This document shows, one piece after another, positions 27,978-37,486 of a stretch of 64,000 nt of DNA. The stretch covers positions 4,346,408-4,410,407 of the forward strand of contig CBDHGK010000041.1 in assembly GCA_965263045.1 (NCBI GenBank), in the 5' to 3' direction. Position numbers and translations under genes: made by a program. Below the pieces are notes generated by a model. That model had not been told where the DNA came from and made no database searches. It saw only the letters and a list, made by a program, of their open reading frames with translations. This stretch comes from Terriglobia bacterium. GTDB lineage: Bacteria > Acidobacteriota > Terriglobia > 20CM-2-55-15. Positions within the stretch are counted from its first letter, which is position 1, and each line of letters opens with the position of its first letter.

Positions 27978-29852
27978 GGAACTAGACCCTGAACAAGCGT
28001 GATTGATGAGGAATTGAAAGTGGAATAACCGCCGAAGTACCCGAAATGCCCCCTCTCCGTGCGAAAAAAACCTTGGACAGATTCTTTGGAGAAGGAGGCA
28101 TTTCAGATGAACGATTATACGCGCAAGAACATGAGGAACCGCAAGCGGCGAATTGAGCGTCGGCTTGGGGATCGGAATTGGAAAGATCAGGCGAAGCCGA
28201 TGCTGTCGGCGCGCAACATCCGGTACGAGATGGGAGACCGGATGAGGGGTCTGTCGGTGGGCGGCATCGGAATGATGCATCAGGTGGCGCGGCGGACCGG
28301 ACTGATCGAAGCCATCGACAAGGACGTGCATGTGCTGAAGCGGCATCTGCCCTACCAGGAATCGGATCACGTGTTGAACATCGCCTACAACGCGTTGAGT
28401 GGGGGCACGTGTATGGAAGATATCGAACTGCGGCGCAATGACGAAGTGTATCTGGACGCGTTGGGAGCACAGCGGATTCCGGATCCGACCACGGCGGGAG
28501 ACTTCTGCCGGCGATTTGAGGAAGACGACGTGGAGTCGCTGATGGACACGTTCAATAAAGTGCGGCTGAAAGTCTGGCGCCAGCAGCCCGATGCGTTTTT
28601 CGAGGAAGCGGTTCTGGAGGCGGACGGGACATTGGCCCCAACCACCGGAGAATGCAAAGACGGGATGGACGTGGCCTACGACGGGACATGGGGTTATCAC
28701 CCACTGTTGATTTCGCTGGCGAACACGGCCGAACCGTTATACCTGGTGAACCGGAGCGGCAACCGGCCCTCGCATGAGGGAGCGGCCAAACGGTTCGATC
28801 AGGCAATCGCGTTGTGCCAGCGTGCGGGGTTCGATCAGATCCTGCTGCGCGGGGACACCGACTTCAGCCAGACCCGGTATTTGGATGGATGGGACGACCA
28901 GGGCGTGGGCTTCATCTTCGGCATCGACGCGATGAAAAACCTGGTGGCCCGGGCCGACCAATTGGAGCCGGACTGCTGGGCGCGCCTGGAACGTCCCGCC
29001 AAGTACGAGGTAGCCAGCCAACCCCGCCAGCGTCCCGACAAGGTCAAGGAACGGATCGTTCGGGAGCGTGACTTTGAGAATATCCGCTTGCGGGGCGAGG
29101 ATGTGGCCGAGTTTGCGTATCGGCCCGGAGCCTGCGATCGGGACTACCGCGTCGTTGTGGTGCGAAAGAATCTGTCGGTGGCCAAAGGGGAGCAGGTGTT
29201 GTTCGACGACATCCGGTACTTCTTCTACATTACCAACCGTGCGGATCCTGCGGACCAGATCGTGATGCGTGCGAATCAACGGTGCAATCAAGAGAATCTT
29301 ATTGAGCAGCTCAAGAACGGCGTACACGCCTTGGGGATGCCGGTCGGGGATCAGACCAGCAACTGGGCCTACATGGTGATGGCCTCACTGGCCTGGACAC
29401 TGAAGGCGTGGTTTGCGTTATTGCTGCCCGAAACCGGACGTTGGGGCCAGAAGTATCAGGCCGAGAAGCAGACCGTGCTACGCATGGAGTTCAAAACGTT
29501 CCTGAACGCCTTCATGCTCGTGCCTTGCCAGCTCGTGCGTACTGGTCGGCGCATCGTCTTCCGGCTGATGGCCTGGAACCCGTGGTTGCCAGTCTTGTTT
29601 CGTGCCGTGGATGTGTTGCGTCAACCTCTGCGATGCTGACCCGATCATGGATCTGAGCCCGGGCGGTCGAGGTCCCGGTTTCTTTCAACCCTTCAAACAG
29701 ACACGGCGAGGCGGCAACTGAAACAGATACAACACGAACCGCATACCTGGAAAAAGCGATCTGGGAACGGGAGCTTATGCCTCCAATTTTACGGCCGTGA
29801 ACCGGCCGTTTGTCCACTGGTTATGCGCTTGTTTTGGGACTAGAATAACGCC
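27978..29852 (+). mobile_element. IS1380-like/IS4-superfamily element (approximate ends)
   Basis: Imperfect IRs CCTAGGAACTAGACCCTGAACAAGCG (left) versus the reverse complement of CGCTTGTTTTGGGACTAGAATAA (right), bracketing a 526-aa DDE transposase. Confidence 0.5.
28059..29639 (+). CDS. DDE transposase, IS1380-like (IS4 superfamily)
   Basis: The segment LEADGTLAPTTGECKDGMDVAYDGTWGYHPLL parallels the DxDxT..G.QEG...Y.G..GY.PL signature seen in 3292..4707. Confidence 0.55.
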   Translation: MRKKPWTDSLEKEAFQMNDYTRKNMRNRKRRIERRLGDRNWKDQAKPMLSARNIRYEMGDRMRGLSVGGIGMMHQVARRTGLIEAIDKDVHVLKRHLPYQESDHVLNIAYNALSGGTCMEDIELRRNDEVYLDALGAQRIPDPTTAGDFCRRFEEDDVESLMDTFNKVRLKVWRQQPDAFFEEAVLEADGTLAPTTGECKDGMDVAYDGTWGYHPLLISLANTAEPLYLVNRSGNRPSHEGAAKRFDQAIALCQRAGFDQILLRGDTDFSQTRYLDGWDDQGVGFIFGIDAMKNLVARADQLEPDCWARLERPAKYEVASQPRQRPDKVKERIVRERDFENIRLRGEDVAEFAYRPGACDRDYRVVVVRKNLSVAKGEQVLFDDIRYFFYITNRADPADQIVMRANQRCNQENLIEQLKNGVHALGMPVGDQTSNWAYMVMASLAWTLKAWFALLLPETGRWGQKYQAEKQTVLRMEFKTFLNAFMLVPCQLVRTGRRIVFRLMAWNPWLPVLFRAVDVLRQPLRC

Positions 29853-30014
29853 GGATCAGTAACGATAACTCGCCCAGAGTTTACCGATCCGGCAGCAACG
29901 GGTGAGCCTACACTTCGGCGTTTGAACGAAGCCGCTGGCGCGGCGGACGCTGCGCGTGGGCTGACCGAGGGGTGATCGTCAGACTGTAGAGTGTGGGCCT
30001 CAAAGGAGGCCCAC

Positions 30015-30911
30015 ATGACTGATTTGCGGAAACGGATGCTGGAAGAACTCCAGCGCCGCAATTTCTCTCCAACAACAATCCGAACCTATCTGCGAGTCGT
30101 TGAAGACTTCGCTCGCTATTTTGGCACGCGCCCCGATCGTCTCAGCCAGCAACACCTGCGGCAGTATCAGTTGCATTTGATCCAGGAGCGAAAGCTCGCG
30201 ATCAAGACTGTAGGTCTGCACATTGCCGCGCTGCGATTCTTCTTTGTGAAGACGCTACGGCGTCCATACCTGAAGCTGGATCTCCCGTATCCCAAGATGC
30301 CGAAGCGACTGCCGACTGTTCTGAGCAAAGAGGAGGTCACCCAACTGATCGGCTCCGCAAACAACCTGCTCGATTACACGATGCTGATGACCTTGTATGC
30401 CACTGGAATGCGTCGGGCCGAGTTGATCGGGTTGAAGGTCCAGGACATCGATAGCCAGCGCATGATCATCCACATCCGTCAGGGCAAGCGCAACCGGGAT
30501 CGCGATGTGCCATTGCCGCCAAAGCTGCTGAATACACTACGGGAGTACTGGCTCTGGATGAAGCCTGGGACCTATTTGTTTCCCGGCATGGTCGACAACT
30601 GGCGTGCCGACAAACCCCTCACGTCCAAGTGCGTGTGGTTGGCGGTACAAAATGCGGCGAAACGTGCCGGAATCAAGAAGCGTGTATCGCCGCACACGCT
30701 GCGTCACAGCTGGGCCACCCACCTACTGGAGAATGGCACCGATCTGCGCACCATTCAGATGTTGATGGGTCACTCGGACCTGCGAGCCACCAGCGTCTAT
30801 CTGCACTTGTCTCGCCGTCATTTGCAGACGGTCGCCAATCCCGTAGAGACCCTGCCGGTTTCCAGGCTCGATACGGTGAAGCGCTCCAGAAAAAGGAAGC
30901 AGAAACAATGA
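30015..30911 (+). CDS. Tyrosine recombinase (XerD/phage-integrase family) associated with IS91-family element
   Basis: Core-binding N-terminus (TIRTYLRVVEDFARYFG) and catalytic R...HxxR...Y motifs (HTLRHSWATHLLENGTDLRTIQMLMGHSDLRATSVY). AGGAGG RBS. The stop overlaps the transposase start (ATGA). Confidence 0.8.
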   Translation: MTDLRKRMLEELQRRNFSPTTIRTYLRVVEDFARYFGTRPDRLSQQHLRQYQLHLIQERKLAIKTVGLHIAALRFFFVKTLRRPYLKLDLPYPKMPKRLPTVLSKEEVTQLIGSANNLLDYTMLMTLYATGMRRAELIGLKVQDIDSQRMIIHIRQGKRNRDRDVPLPPKLLNTLREYWLWMKPGTYLFPGMVDNWRADKPLTSKCVWLAVQNAAKRAGIKKRVSPHTLRHSWATHLLENGTDLRTIQMLMGHSDLRATSVYLHLSRRHLQTVANPVETLPVSRLDTVKRSRKRKQKQ

Positions 30912-32089
30912 CGCGGTCCGCCGTGGAGGTGGCCGACATCCTGCGCGCGCGGGGCAACGACTTCATCGACCGTCATCGAAACAGAATCGATTTCCAGCAG
31001 CTGAAGGTGATGCATGCCATCGTGCGTTGCCGAACAGCCGCTCTTGGCGGTCATATCGATGCCTGCCCGCGATGTGGGGGCGAGGGGACCATCTCCTACA
31101 ACTCATGCCGTAATCGCCATTGTCCGAAATGCCAGACTCAGGCGCGTCAGCGCTGGATCGCAGCCAGAGAACGTGAACTTCTCGCGACACGATACTTCCA
31201 TGTCGTGTTCACGCTGCCAAAGGAACTACATGCGCTTGTCCTGCAGAATCCGGTTGAACTCTATAACCTGCTGTTCCGCACCGTGGCCGAGACGCTGCGG
31301 GAGGTCGCGAGAAATCCCAAACACCTTGGCGCCGAGATCGGCTTCTTCCTCATCCTGCACACATGGGGACAAAACGTGCTGTTTCATCCTCACCTCCACT
31401 GCGTCGTTCCCGCCGGTGGAATCGCACCGGACCGTTCGCGATGGATTCGGCCGCGCTACCCTTTCTTCCTGCCTGTAAAGGTTCTGGGGAAAATATTCCG
31501 GGGAAAGTTCGTTGACGGATTGCGGAAGGCGTTTCGCAGAGAGTGCCTGACCTTCGCGGGACAGATCCAGCAGTTATCCGAACCGAAGAGCTTCGCGGCT
31601 TTCCTGCGACCGTTATTTCGCCAACCTTGGGTCGTCTATGCGAAGCCGGCATTCGGTGGGCCCGAACAGGTATTACGCTATCTCGGACGCTATACCCACC
31701 GTGTTGCCATCTCCAATCATCGATTGTTGTCCTTCGACGGCGGCCAGGTCACGTTCCGTTGGCGGGATTACGCGCGTGGCAACAAATCAAGAACGATGAC
31801 GGTTTCCGCCGCCGAGTTCATCCGCCGCTTCCTCCTCCACGTGCTGCCGAAAGGTTTTGTCCGCATCCGACATTTCGGTTTCATGGCGAACGCACAACGT
31901 TCCGCATCCATGGAACTTTGTCATCGTTTGTTAGGAATGGCGTCGACCGATCCTCACGAGGAAGCCCCTGCGAGCGACTCGGCCGGGTTATGTCCCGTCT
32001 GTCAGACCCCGATGAAGGTCATCGAGAGGCTGACCGCTGCGCAGATCGCATGGAGCTTCACTTCCATATGCTTTGCAGATACGTCGTAG
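30908..32089 (+). CDS. IS91-family transposase (Zn-binding N-terminus plus HUH-Y2 domain)
   Basis: CPRCGG...CRNRHCPKCQ zinc-binding domain, and HTWGQNVLFHPHLHCVVPAGG, the hallmark of IS91/ISCR transposases. Confidence 0.85.
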   Translation: MTRSAVEVADILRARGNDFIDRHRNRIDFQQLKVMHAIVRCRTAALGGHIDACPRCGGEGTISYNSCRNRHCPKCQTQARQRWIAARERELLATRYFHVVFTLPKELHALVLQNPVELYNLLFRTVAETLREVARNPKHLGAEIGFFLILHTWGQNVLFHPHLHCVVPAGGIAPDRSRWIRPRYPFFLPVKVLGKIFRGKFVDGLRKAFRRECLTFAGQIQQLSEPKSFAAFLRPLFRQPWVVYAKPAFGGPEQVLRYLGRYTHRVAISNHRLLSFDGGQVTFRWRDYARGNKSRTMTVSAAEFIRRFLLHVLPKGFVRIRHFGFMANAQRSASMELCHRLLGMASTDPHEEAPASDSAGLCPVCQTPMKVIERLTAAQIAWSFTSICFADTS

Positions 32090-32520
32090 CAGAGATTCCA
32101 GTTACACACTTTCCAGACGTGCTCGCGCACGCCGCCGCCCACGTGTGTCTTGATCTCAAAAATGCTTCCAAATCGAGCCTCGACCCGCACCGCAGACTCT
32201 CTAAAACTGCTGCTCCGGAACCCACACTCCTCGTCGCCACCCCGCCACTCGCCCTTGTCGAGTCCCGTCCCGTGACAATTTCAACCCGCATTCCCGTACT
32301 TTCTCCATAGCCCACCGCGTCCGCCGCAAACGCCACCGGCTTCCTTCAAACGTCGTTATCGAAAGTGCCCGAAAATCTCGTCCCCACGACGCTTTCTCGC
32401 TCGGCACTTCCGATGAACGCTAAATGTTTGAACGAAGCCGCTGGCGCGGCGGACGCTGCGCGTGGGCTGACCGAGGGGTGATCGTCAGACTGTAGAGTGT
32501 GGGCCTCAAAGGAGGCCCAC

Positions 32521-33417
32521 ATGACTGATTTGCGGAAACGGATGCTGGAAGAACTCCAGCGCCGCAATTTCTCTCCAACAACAATCCGAACCTATCTGCG
32601 AGTCGTTGAAGACTTCGCTCGCTATTTTGGCACGCGCCCCGATCGTCTCAGCCAGCAACACCTGCGGCAGTATCAGTTGCATTTGATCCAGGAGCGAAAG
32701 CTCGCGATCAAGACTGTAGGTCTGCACATTGCCGCGCTGCGATTCTTCTTTGTGAAGACGCTACGGCGTCCATACCTGAAGCTGGATCTCCCGTATCCCA
32801 AGATGCCGAAGCGACTGCCGACTGTTCTGAGCAAAGAGGAGGTCACCCAACTGATCGGCTCCGCAAACAACCTGCTCGATTACACGATGCTGATGACCTT
32901 GTATGCCACTGGAATGCGTCGGGCCGAGTTGATCGGGTTGAAGGTCCAGGACATCGATAGCCAGCGCATGATCATCCACATCCGTCAGGGCAAGCGCAAC
33001 CGGGATCGCGATGTGCCATTGCCGCCAAAGCTGCTGAATACACTACGGGAGTACTGGCTCTGGATGAAGCCTGGGACCTATTTGTTTCCCGGCATGGTCG
33101 ACAACTGGCGTGCCGACAAACCCCTCACGTCCAAGTGCGTGTGGTTGGCGGTACAAAATGCGGCGAAACGTGCCGGAATCAAGAAGCGTGTATCGCCGCA
33201 CACGCTGCGTCACAGCTGGGCCACCCACCTACTGGAGAATGGCACCGATCTGCGCACCATTCAGATGTTGATGGGTCACTCGGACCTGCGAGCCACCAGC
33301 GTCTATCTGCACTTGTCTCGCCGTCATTTGCAGACGGTCGCCAATCCCGTAGAGACCCTGCCGGTTTCCAGGCTCGATACGGTGAAGCGCTCCAGAAAAA
33401 GGAAGCAGAAACAATGA
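32521..33417 (+). CDS. Tyrosine recombinase, copy 2
   Basis: Identical translation to 30015..30911. Confidence 0.8.
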   Translation: MTDLRKRMLEELQRRNFSPTTIRTYLRVVEDFARYFGTRPDRLSQQHLRQYQLHLIQERKLAIKTVGLHIAALRFFFVKTLRRPYLKLDLPYPKMPKRLPTVLSKEEVTQLIGSANNLLDYTMLMTLYATGMRRAELIGLKVQDIDSQRMIIHIRQGKRNRDRDVPLPPKLLNTLREYWLWMKPGTYLFPGMVDNWRADKPLTSKCVWLAVQNAAKRAGIKKRVSPHTLRHSWATHLLENGTDLRTIQMLMGHSDLRATSVYLHLSRRHLQTVANPVETLPVSRLDTVKRSRKRKQKQ

Positions 33418-34595
33418 CGCGGTCCGCCGTGGAGGTGGCCGACATCCTGCGCGCGCGGGGCAACGACTTCATCGACCGTCATCGAAACAGAATCGATTTC
33501 CAGCAGCTGAAGGTGATGCATGCCATCGTGCGTTGCCGAACAGCCGCTCTTGGCGGTCATATCGATGCCTGCCCGCGATGTGGGGGCGAGGGGACCATCT
33601 CCTACAACTCATGCCGTAATCGCCATTGTCCGAAATGCCAGACTCAGGCGCGTCAGCGCTGGATCGCAGCCAGAGAACGTGAACTTCTCGCGACACGATA
33701 CTTCCATGTCGTGTTCACGCTGCCAAAGGAACTACATGCGCTTGTCCTGCAGAATCCGGTTGAACTCTATAACCTGCTGTTCCGCACCGTGGCCGAGACG
33801 CTGCGGGAGGTCGCGAGAAATCCCAAACACCTTGGCGCCGAGATCGGCTTCTTCCTCATCCTGCACACATGGGGACAAAACGTGCTGTTTCATCCTCACC
33901 TCCACTGCGTCGTTCCCGCCGGTGGAATCGCACCGGACCGTTCGCGATGGATTCGGCCGCGCTACCCTTTCTTCCTGCCTGTAAAGGTTCTGGGGAAAAT
34001 ATTCCGGGGAAAGTTCGTTGACGGATTGCGGAAGGCGTTTCGCAGAGAGTGCCTGACCTTCGCGGGACAGATCCAGCAGTTATCCGAACCGAAGAGCTTC
34101 GCGGCTTTCCTGCGACCGTTATTTCGCCAACCTTGGGTCGTCTATGCGAAGCCGGCATTCGGTGGGCCCGAACAGGTATTACGCTATCTCGGACGCTATA
34201 CCCACCGTGTTGCCATCTCCAATCATCGATTGTTGTCCTTCGACGGCGGCTAGGTCACGTTCCGTTGGCGGGATTACGCGCGTGGCAACAAATCAAGAAC
34301 GATGACGGTTTCCGCCGCCGAGTTCATCCGCCGCTTCCTCCTCCACGTGCTGCCGAAAGGTTTTGTCCGCATCCGACATTTCGGTTTCATGGCGAACGCA
34401 CAACGTTCCGCATCCATGGAACTTTGTCATCGTTTGTTAGGAATGGCGTCGACCGATCCTCACGAGGAAGCCCCTGCGAGCGACTCGGCCGGGTTATGTC
34501 CCGTCTGTCAGACCCCGATGAAGGTCATCGAGAGGCTGACCGCTGCGCAGATCGCATGGAGCTTCACTTCCATATGCTTTGCAGATACGTCGTAG
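33414..34595 (+). pseudogene. IS91-family transposase, copy 2, with in-frame TAG nonsense at 34251..34253
   Basis: Comparison with copy 1 shows a single CAG-to-TAG change. The downstream ORF 34302..34595 is the same-frame remainder. Confidence 0.8.
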
Positions 34596-35233
34596 CAGAG
34601 ATTCCAGTTACACACTTTCCAGACGTGCTCGCGCACGCCGCCGCCCACGTGTGTCTTGATCTCAAAAATGCTTCCAAATCGAGCCTCGACCCGCACCGCA
34701 GACTCTCTAAAACTGCTGCTCCGGAACCCACACTCCTCGTCGCCACCCCGCCACTCGCCCTTGTCGAGTCCCGTCCCGTGACAATTTCAACCCGCATTCC
34801 CGTACTTTCTCCATAGCCCACCGCGTCCGCCGCAAACGCCACCGGCTTCCTTCAAACGTCGTTATCGAAAGTGCCCGAAAATCTCGTCCCCACGACGCTT
34901 TCTCGCTCGGCACTTCCGATGAACGCTAAATGTTTGTCGAGAGTTTACCTTCTGATTGCGTCTAACCCCCTCCTCTAGTATCTTTTGTCGAGTTTCTCAC
35001 GGTTCTTTCAGCGACACATTTTCAACATGAATCCGGCACCAAACTCGGCCACTACGAGATTCTGTCTATGCGCGATAACGGCAATGGGTCCAGTGTGGCC
35101 GTAAAAGGTTTGAATGAGGATGGGTCTCCCAAAATCGTACAGGGCTTATCTGCCAATATACGGAGTCCAGGGAGAATGCAATTACGTGGGAGGATTTGGC
35201 ATTCGTGATGAAAAATGGTGACGGTTCCGCGTC

Positions 35234-36685
35234 ATGAATAAAAGCGTCTTGAACAGGTCGAGAATTCGCTGGGATTTTATCATTGGCGGCAGCATGTGTC
35301 TGGGGTATGCGGCGTTGATGCTCTGCCAGACGACCGTCGGCGTTGCGGGACCGGCGATGCTTCTTGATACCGACATCGAACTGACGATAACGGCATTCGG
35401 TGCGATTCTGGGCTGGGGCATGGCGGGTAACCTTTTGGGCAAACTCACGAATGGAGTCCTTGCCGATAAATTCGGAGGGCGCAAGATATTTGTTCTGGCT
35501 ATCTGCGTTGCCGCCATCGCCATCTGCTCGTTTGGGATGGTTTCAGAAAGGAGCAGCTTTTTTCTGTTTTATTTCCTCACCCTTTTTGCCAAATCTGCTG
35601 GTTGGCCGGCCATGGCCAATCTCATCAAGGTGTGGTTCGCGAAGCAGAAGCACGGGCGAATGTGGGGAATTATTTCCACGAGTTCCCGCGCGAGCGCCGT
35701 GGGAGCTACGCTTCTTCTCAGCAGTCTGTTGCTCATCGTGTCGTGGAGAGGGCTATTTTTTGTGGCTGCTGCTATCACGGCTATCGTTGTCGCAGTGCTT
35801 GCTAAGCTGCTTAAGGGCGCCCCGTCAGAGCTTATCTTGTCGCTTCCCGACAACTCGAAGACCGGGAGACCAATGTCAGGTCGGACACAGGTTCATCCTT
35901 TGGACGAACTGAAAACCTTCGAAGCATTGGCTGTCTTTTTTAAGAGTCCGCGCTTTTGGTTGATCAGCATCAGTCTGATGGGCTTGGCAGTTTTGTTTGA
36001 ATTTCAAGTCTTTATTCCCATCTATCTCAGTGAGTCATTCGGTTTATCGCCCGCTCAGGCCGGCACAGCATCGTCCATTTTCCCACTAGGTTGTCTGATC
36101 GGAGTTTTCGCTGGAGGATTTGTCTATGACAAGCTCTCGAAAAAGGCGTTGACTGCTACTTTGGGCGGCATGTCGGGTTTGGGTTTGCTGTGTCTTACGT
36201 TCCTATTGATGCTTTCCAATATCGACTTGAATACGCGATTGGAACTTATGCTCACCATTGGCACGATTTTCGTATTCGGCTGTGCAATCTCACCGGCCTA
36301 TTATTTGCCAATGAGCGTGTTTTCAATAAACTTTGGCGGCAGGCATTGCGGCCTATTAATCGGACTCATCGATGCAATCGGATATACCGGCGCGATGGTG
36401 TTTGATTTTGTGGGAGGTTCGGTCGCTGACCAGCAGGGGGGATGGCAGATTTTCCTGACTATTCTCGTCCTTGTCTCCTTGACGGTGACGGTTACCATGA
36501 CGCTATTTCTGTATCTAGGAGTCTGTCGGGAATTGGCTCCCTCGAACCAAGAATCAACAACTTACGAGGCATCCTTGGTCTGTAAGTTATTGATTCTTGG
36601 TTGCAGAATTCTTATTCCCGACAGGCTCCTAGATTTTCGCCATTCGTTACCACTACGGAAATACAATTTGGAATTTCAAGTATGA
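35234..36685 (+). CDS. MFS transporter
   Basis: 483 aa with 12 predicted TM segments and an MFS-like loop (GKLTNGVLADKFGGRK). AT-richer than the flanks. The 3' tail overlaps the convergent GntR gene and may be read-through. Confidence 0.65.
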   Translation: MNKSVLNRSRIRWDFIIGGSMCLGYAALMLCQTTVGVAGPAMLLDTDIELTITAFGAILGWGMAGNLLGKLTNGVLADKFGGRKIFVLAICVAAIAICSFGMVSERSSFFLFYFLTLFAKSAGWPAMANLIKVWFAKQKHGRMWGIISTSSRASAVGATLLLSSLLLIVSWRGLFFVAAAITAIVVAVLAKLLKGAPSELILSLPDNSKTGRPMSGRTQVHPLDELKTFEALAVFFKSPRFWLISISLMGLAVLFEFQVFIPIYLSESFGLSPAQAGTASSIFPLGCLIGVFAGGFVYDKLSKKALTATLGGMSGLGLLCLTFLLMLSNIDLNTRLELMLTIGTIFVFGCAISPAYYLPMSVFSINFGGRHCGLLIGLIDAIGYTGAMVFDFVGGSVADQQGGWQIFLTILVLVSLTVTVTMTLFLYLGVCRELAPSNQESTTYEASLVCKLLILGCRILIPDRLLDFRHSLPLRKYNLEFQV

Positions 36686-37307
36686 GCACTCGAAAAAGTA
36701 CTGAAGGAACGCGGGTCCCGTGAAGCAGGCCGGACACGGAGCTCGCATGCAACAGGACGACGTGCGGCACGTCCGGCGTGAGGGCGGCACGCACCTCTTC
36801 TGCGTGATCGTAAAGCGCCACGGGTAGTGCCCCGGTGAGGAGGTTCCGCCGTCGGCAATCCCCGACCCCAAAGCCGACCACCGGCATGGAGATCGCGATC
36901 CGGATTTCGTCGATCAGGATCGCGCGCAGGTCGACATCGGGTTCGATCACAGCGGCCCGGTCCGGGGGCTGAACCGAAAGCCAGTGGCCGATGCGGGCCT
37001 CGATTTCGTCGAGCGGATTGCCGCGGTCCCGCGCCACCAGGAGAAGCGTTGAGATGAGGTGGTCGAGTTCCAACTTGGGACAGGAGATGACGTCGGGATC
37101 CCGATTCCGGACATGGAACCCGGAGCCCTGGCGCCGTTCGACCCAGCCCGCGTCGGCCAGCCCGCGGTAGGCTGCCCGCACGGTGTTCGGGTGTATCCCG
37201 AAACGCCGCCCGATCTCAAACGTAGTGGGCAGTCGTTCGCCGGGAGGAAGATCCGCACTCACGATCCCAAGCACGATCGGTGTCTTCAGTTGCTCTTGAA
37301 GTGACAC
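36612..37307 (-). CDS. GntR-family transcriptional regulator (GTG start)
   Basis: N-terminal winged HTH (LPTTFEIGRRFGIHPNTVRAAYRGLADAGWVERRQGSGFHV) with a ~150-aa C-terminal effector domain. Divergent from the FG-GAP gene. Its first 41 nt lie inside the duplicated segment. Confidence 0.7.
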   Translation of the reverse strand: MSLQEQLKTPIVLGIVSADLPPGERLPTTFEIGRRFGIHPNTVRAAYRGLADAGWVERRQGSGFHVRNRDPDVISCPKLELDHLISTLLLVARDRGNPLDEIEARIGHWLSVQPPDRAAVIEPDVDLRAILIDEIRIAISMPVVGFGVGDCRRRNLLTGALPVALYDHAEEVRAALTPDVPHVVLLHASSVSGLLHGTRVPSVLFRVLILEIPNCISVVVTNGENLGACRE

Positions 37308-37486
37308 CTCACTCGTCTTCGAAGCCAGATCCTCTTAAGTGATCGCTCTCAGCGTCGGCCTGTTCCACCCGACTGTCATTTTCCAGGCGTTCCGGCAGAA
37401 TCTCGACCCGTTTGTGACAGTTGAAAAACTGCGACAGTCGGGCTTCTGGCCCCGACCGCCAAACCCTAGAGTGCAGGGGTGAGGTG
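37308..37486. promoter_or_regulatory. Divergent GntR / FG-GAP intergenic region with candidate operator palindromes
   Basis: GTCGGGcttctggcCCCGAC (6-bp inverted repeat, 8-nt spacer) and CAGTTgaaaAACTG, plus direct repeats TGTGACAG / TGCGACAG. The same sequence is present in copy 1 at 42..220. Confidence 0.3.

Larger units (their letters stand above)
29924..32429 (+). mobile_element. IS91-family (HUH/Y2 rolling-circle) unit with upstream tyrosine recombinase, tandem copy 1
   Basis: The 2506-bp unit is repeated head-to-tail at 32430..34935. Junctions carry GTTT|GAAC. Confidence 0.8.
32430..34935 (+). mobile_element. IS91-family unit, tandem copy 2 (transposase inactivated)
   Basis: Identical to copy 1 except for a C-to-T change creating TAG at 34251-34253 (CAG in copy 1 at 31745-31747). 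Confidence 0.8.
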
